This document shows, piece by piece, positions 63,208 through 64,000 of a stretch of DNA of 64,000 nucleotides. The stretch is taken from positions 471-64,470 of the forward strand of contig CATJCP010000201.1 in assembly GCA_949737515.1 (NCBI GenBank). Reading direction: 5' to 3'. The stretch's first letter is position 1; each line of letters begins with the position of its first letter. The translations under genes were made by a program, and so were the position numbers. The notes under the pieces were generated by a model. It made no database searches, was not told the DNA's origin, and saw only the letters and a program-made list of their open reading frames with translations. The DNA comes from an uncultured Oscillospiraceae bacterium. GTDB lineage: Bacteria; Bacillota; Clostridia; Oscillospirales; Ruminococcaceae.

Positions 63208-64000
63208 ATGCAGTATATCCCTGCAAAGACCATTGTCACCCGCACCAAGTCCACCCAGTGGTTTGGCGCAAGCTATAATATGAATATCTACCGGGGATGC
63301 TGCCATGGCTGTATCTACTGCGACAGCCGCAGCGAATGCTATGGGATTCAGGAGTTTGACCAGGTGTGCGCCAAGGAAAAGGCCCTGGAGATCATCCGCG
63401 GCGACCTCCGGCGAAAGGTAAAGCCGGGGATTGTCTCCACCGGGGCCATGAGCGACCCCTACAACCCCTTTGAGGGGGAGCTGGAACTGACCCGCCATGC
63501 CCTGGAGCTGCTTTGCGCCTATGGGTTTGGCGTGTGCATTGCCACCAAAAGCGCACTGATCCTGCGGGACATTGACATTCTGCAGGAAATCGCGGGGCAA
63601 AACCCGGCAGTGTGCAAAATCACCATTACCACCTGCGACGACCGGCTCTCCGAAAAAATCGAACCGGGTGTGCCGGCGTCTTCCCGCCGGTTTGAGGTGG
63701 TGGAGGAGCTTTCCCGCGCTGGGCTGTTCGCGGGGATCCTTCTGATGCCGGTACTCCCCTTTTTGGAGGACACAGAGGAGAATGTCCTTGGCATTGTGGA
63801 ACGGGCTGCCAGGGCAGGGGCCAGGTTCATCTATCCGGCCTTTGGCATGACCCTGCGGCAGAACCAGCGGCAGTACTACCTGCAGAAGCTGGAGGAGCTG
63901 TTTCCCGGGAAAGGGCTGGCGGAGCGGTATCAAAGGCAGTATGGGATGTCCTATGAGTGCGCAAGCCCTCAGGCAAGGAAGCTGTGGAAGGCATTTTCGG
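63208..64000 (+). CDS. radical SAM protein, SplB/'DNA repair photolyase' (COG1533)-like; 3' end outside the window
   Basis: Not in the ORF track because no stop lies in the window. My translation: MQYIPAKTIVTRTKSTQWFGASYNMNIYRGCCHGCIYCDSRSE... (CxxxCxxC cluster), ...GAMSDPYNPFE..., open to base 64000. GGGAG RBS. Confidence 0.8.
   Translation, partial: MQYIPAKTIVTRTKSTQWFGASYNMNIYRGCCHGCIYCDSRSECYGIQEFDQVCAKEKALEIIRGDLRRKVKPGIVSTGAMSDPYNPFEGELELTRHALELLCAYGFGVCIATKSALILRDIDILQEIAGQNPAVCKITITTCDDRLSEKIEPGVPASSRRFEVVEELSRAGLFAGILLMPVLPFLEDTEENVLGIVERAARAGARFIYPAFGMTLRQNQRQYYLQKLEELFPGKGLAERYQRQYGMSYECASPQARKLWKAFS

Noticed and set aside
62272-63933. 553-aa minus-strand ORF spanning the Card1-like and radical SAM genes
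   Set aside because: It crosses an intergenic region of the plus-strand genes, has no RBS and is compositionally biased. The plus-strand genes have clear CxxxCxxC and CARF/PD-ExK motifs.

Overview
Visibly GC-rich chromosomal segment, AT-rich only in intergenic spacers. It comes from a spore-forming Clostridia-type Firmicute (spoIIE, a Spo0A_C paralogue, AGGAGG-type RBSs); any finer taxonomy would be a guess. I can support about 46 protein-coding genes, one TPP riboswitch and a set of sigma-A-like promoters and intrinsic terminators. I saw no rRNA, tRNA, CRISPR array, intact transposon or prophage.

Content:
- A MacB/BceAB-like ABC pair at the left edge.
- Glycan-utilisation genes: esterase + GH43; a GH78-like hydrolase, a 1035-aa hydrolase, a membrane AraC sensor and an LplABC-type importer; a second LplABC-type importer with a GHL6-like hydrolase.
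- Housekeeping genes: ilvD, tcdA-like, thiT, spoIIE, a pseudouridine synthase, hflX, lexA and comM/yifB.
- Accessory genes: an esterase/HxxxD-acyltransferase/zinc-ribbon membrane operon, a 2593-aa surface protein, a PVA-like Ntn hydrolase coupled to a MATE pump under a MerR/GyrI regulator, a small serine recombinase beside a ~0.95 kb AT-rich non-coding island, DedA + GT4, and DUF362.

Most worth a second look:
1. A promoter / SD / 7-codon uORF (MRIRLYR) / intrinsic terminator leader in front of hflX. It looks like an antibiotic-responsive attenuator of the HflXr/Erm-leader kind.
2. An orphan Card1/Can2-like CARF + PD-(D/E)xK protein downstream of lexA-comM, with no CRISPR-Cas or cyclase visible in the window.
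3. The uncharacterised esterase-acyltransferase-membrane zinc-ribbon operon.
4. A Spo0A C-terminal-domain-only paralogue fused to a zinc ribbon.
5. The AT-rich island with a 29-bp perfect palindrome next to the recombinase.

Many very long antisense or alternate-frame ORFs in the track are GC-composition artefacts and were rejected. All family calls rest on motif recognition by eye, with no database search.
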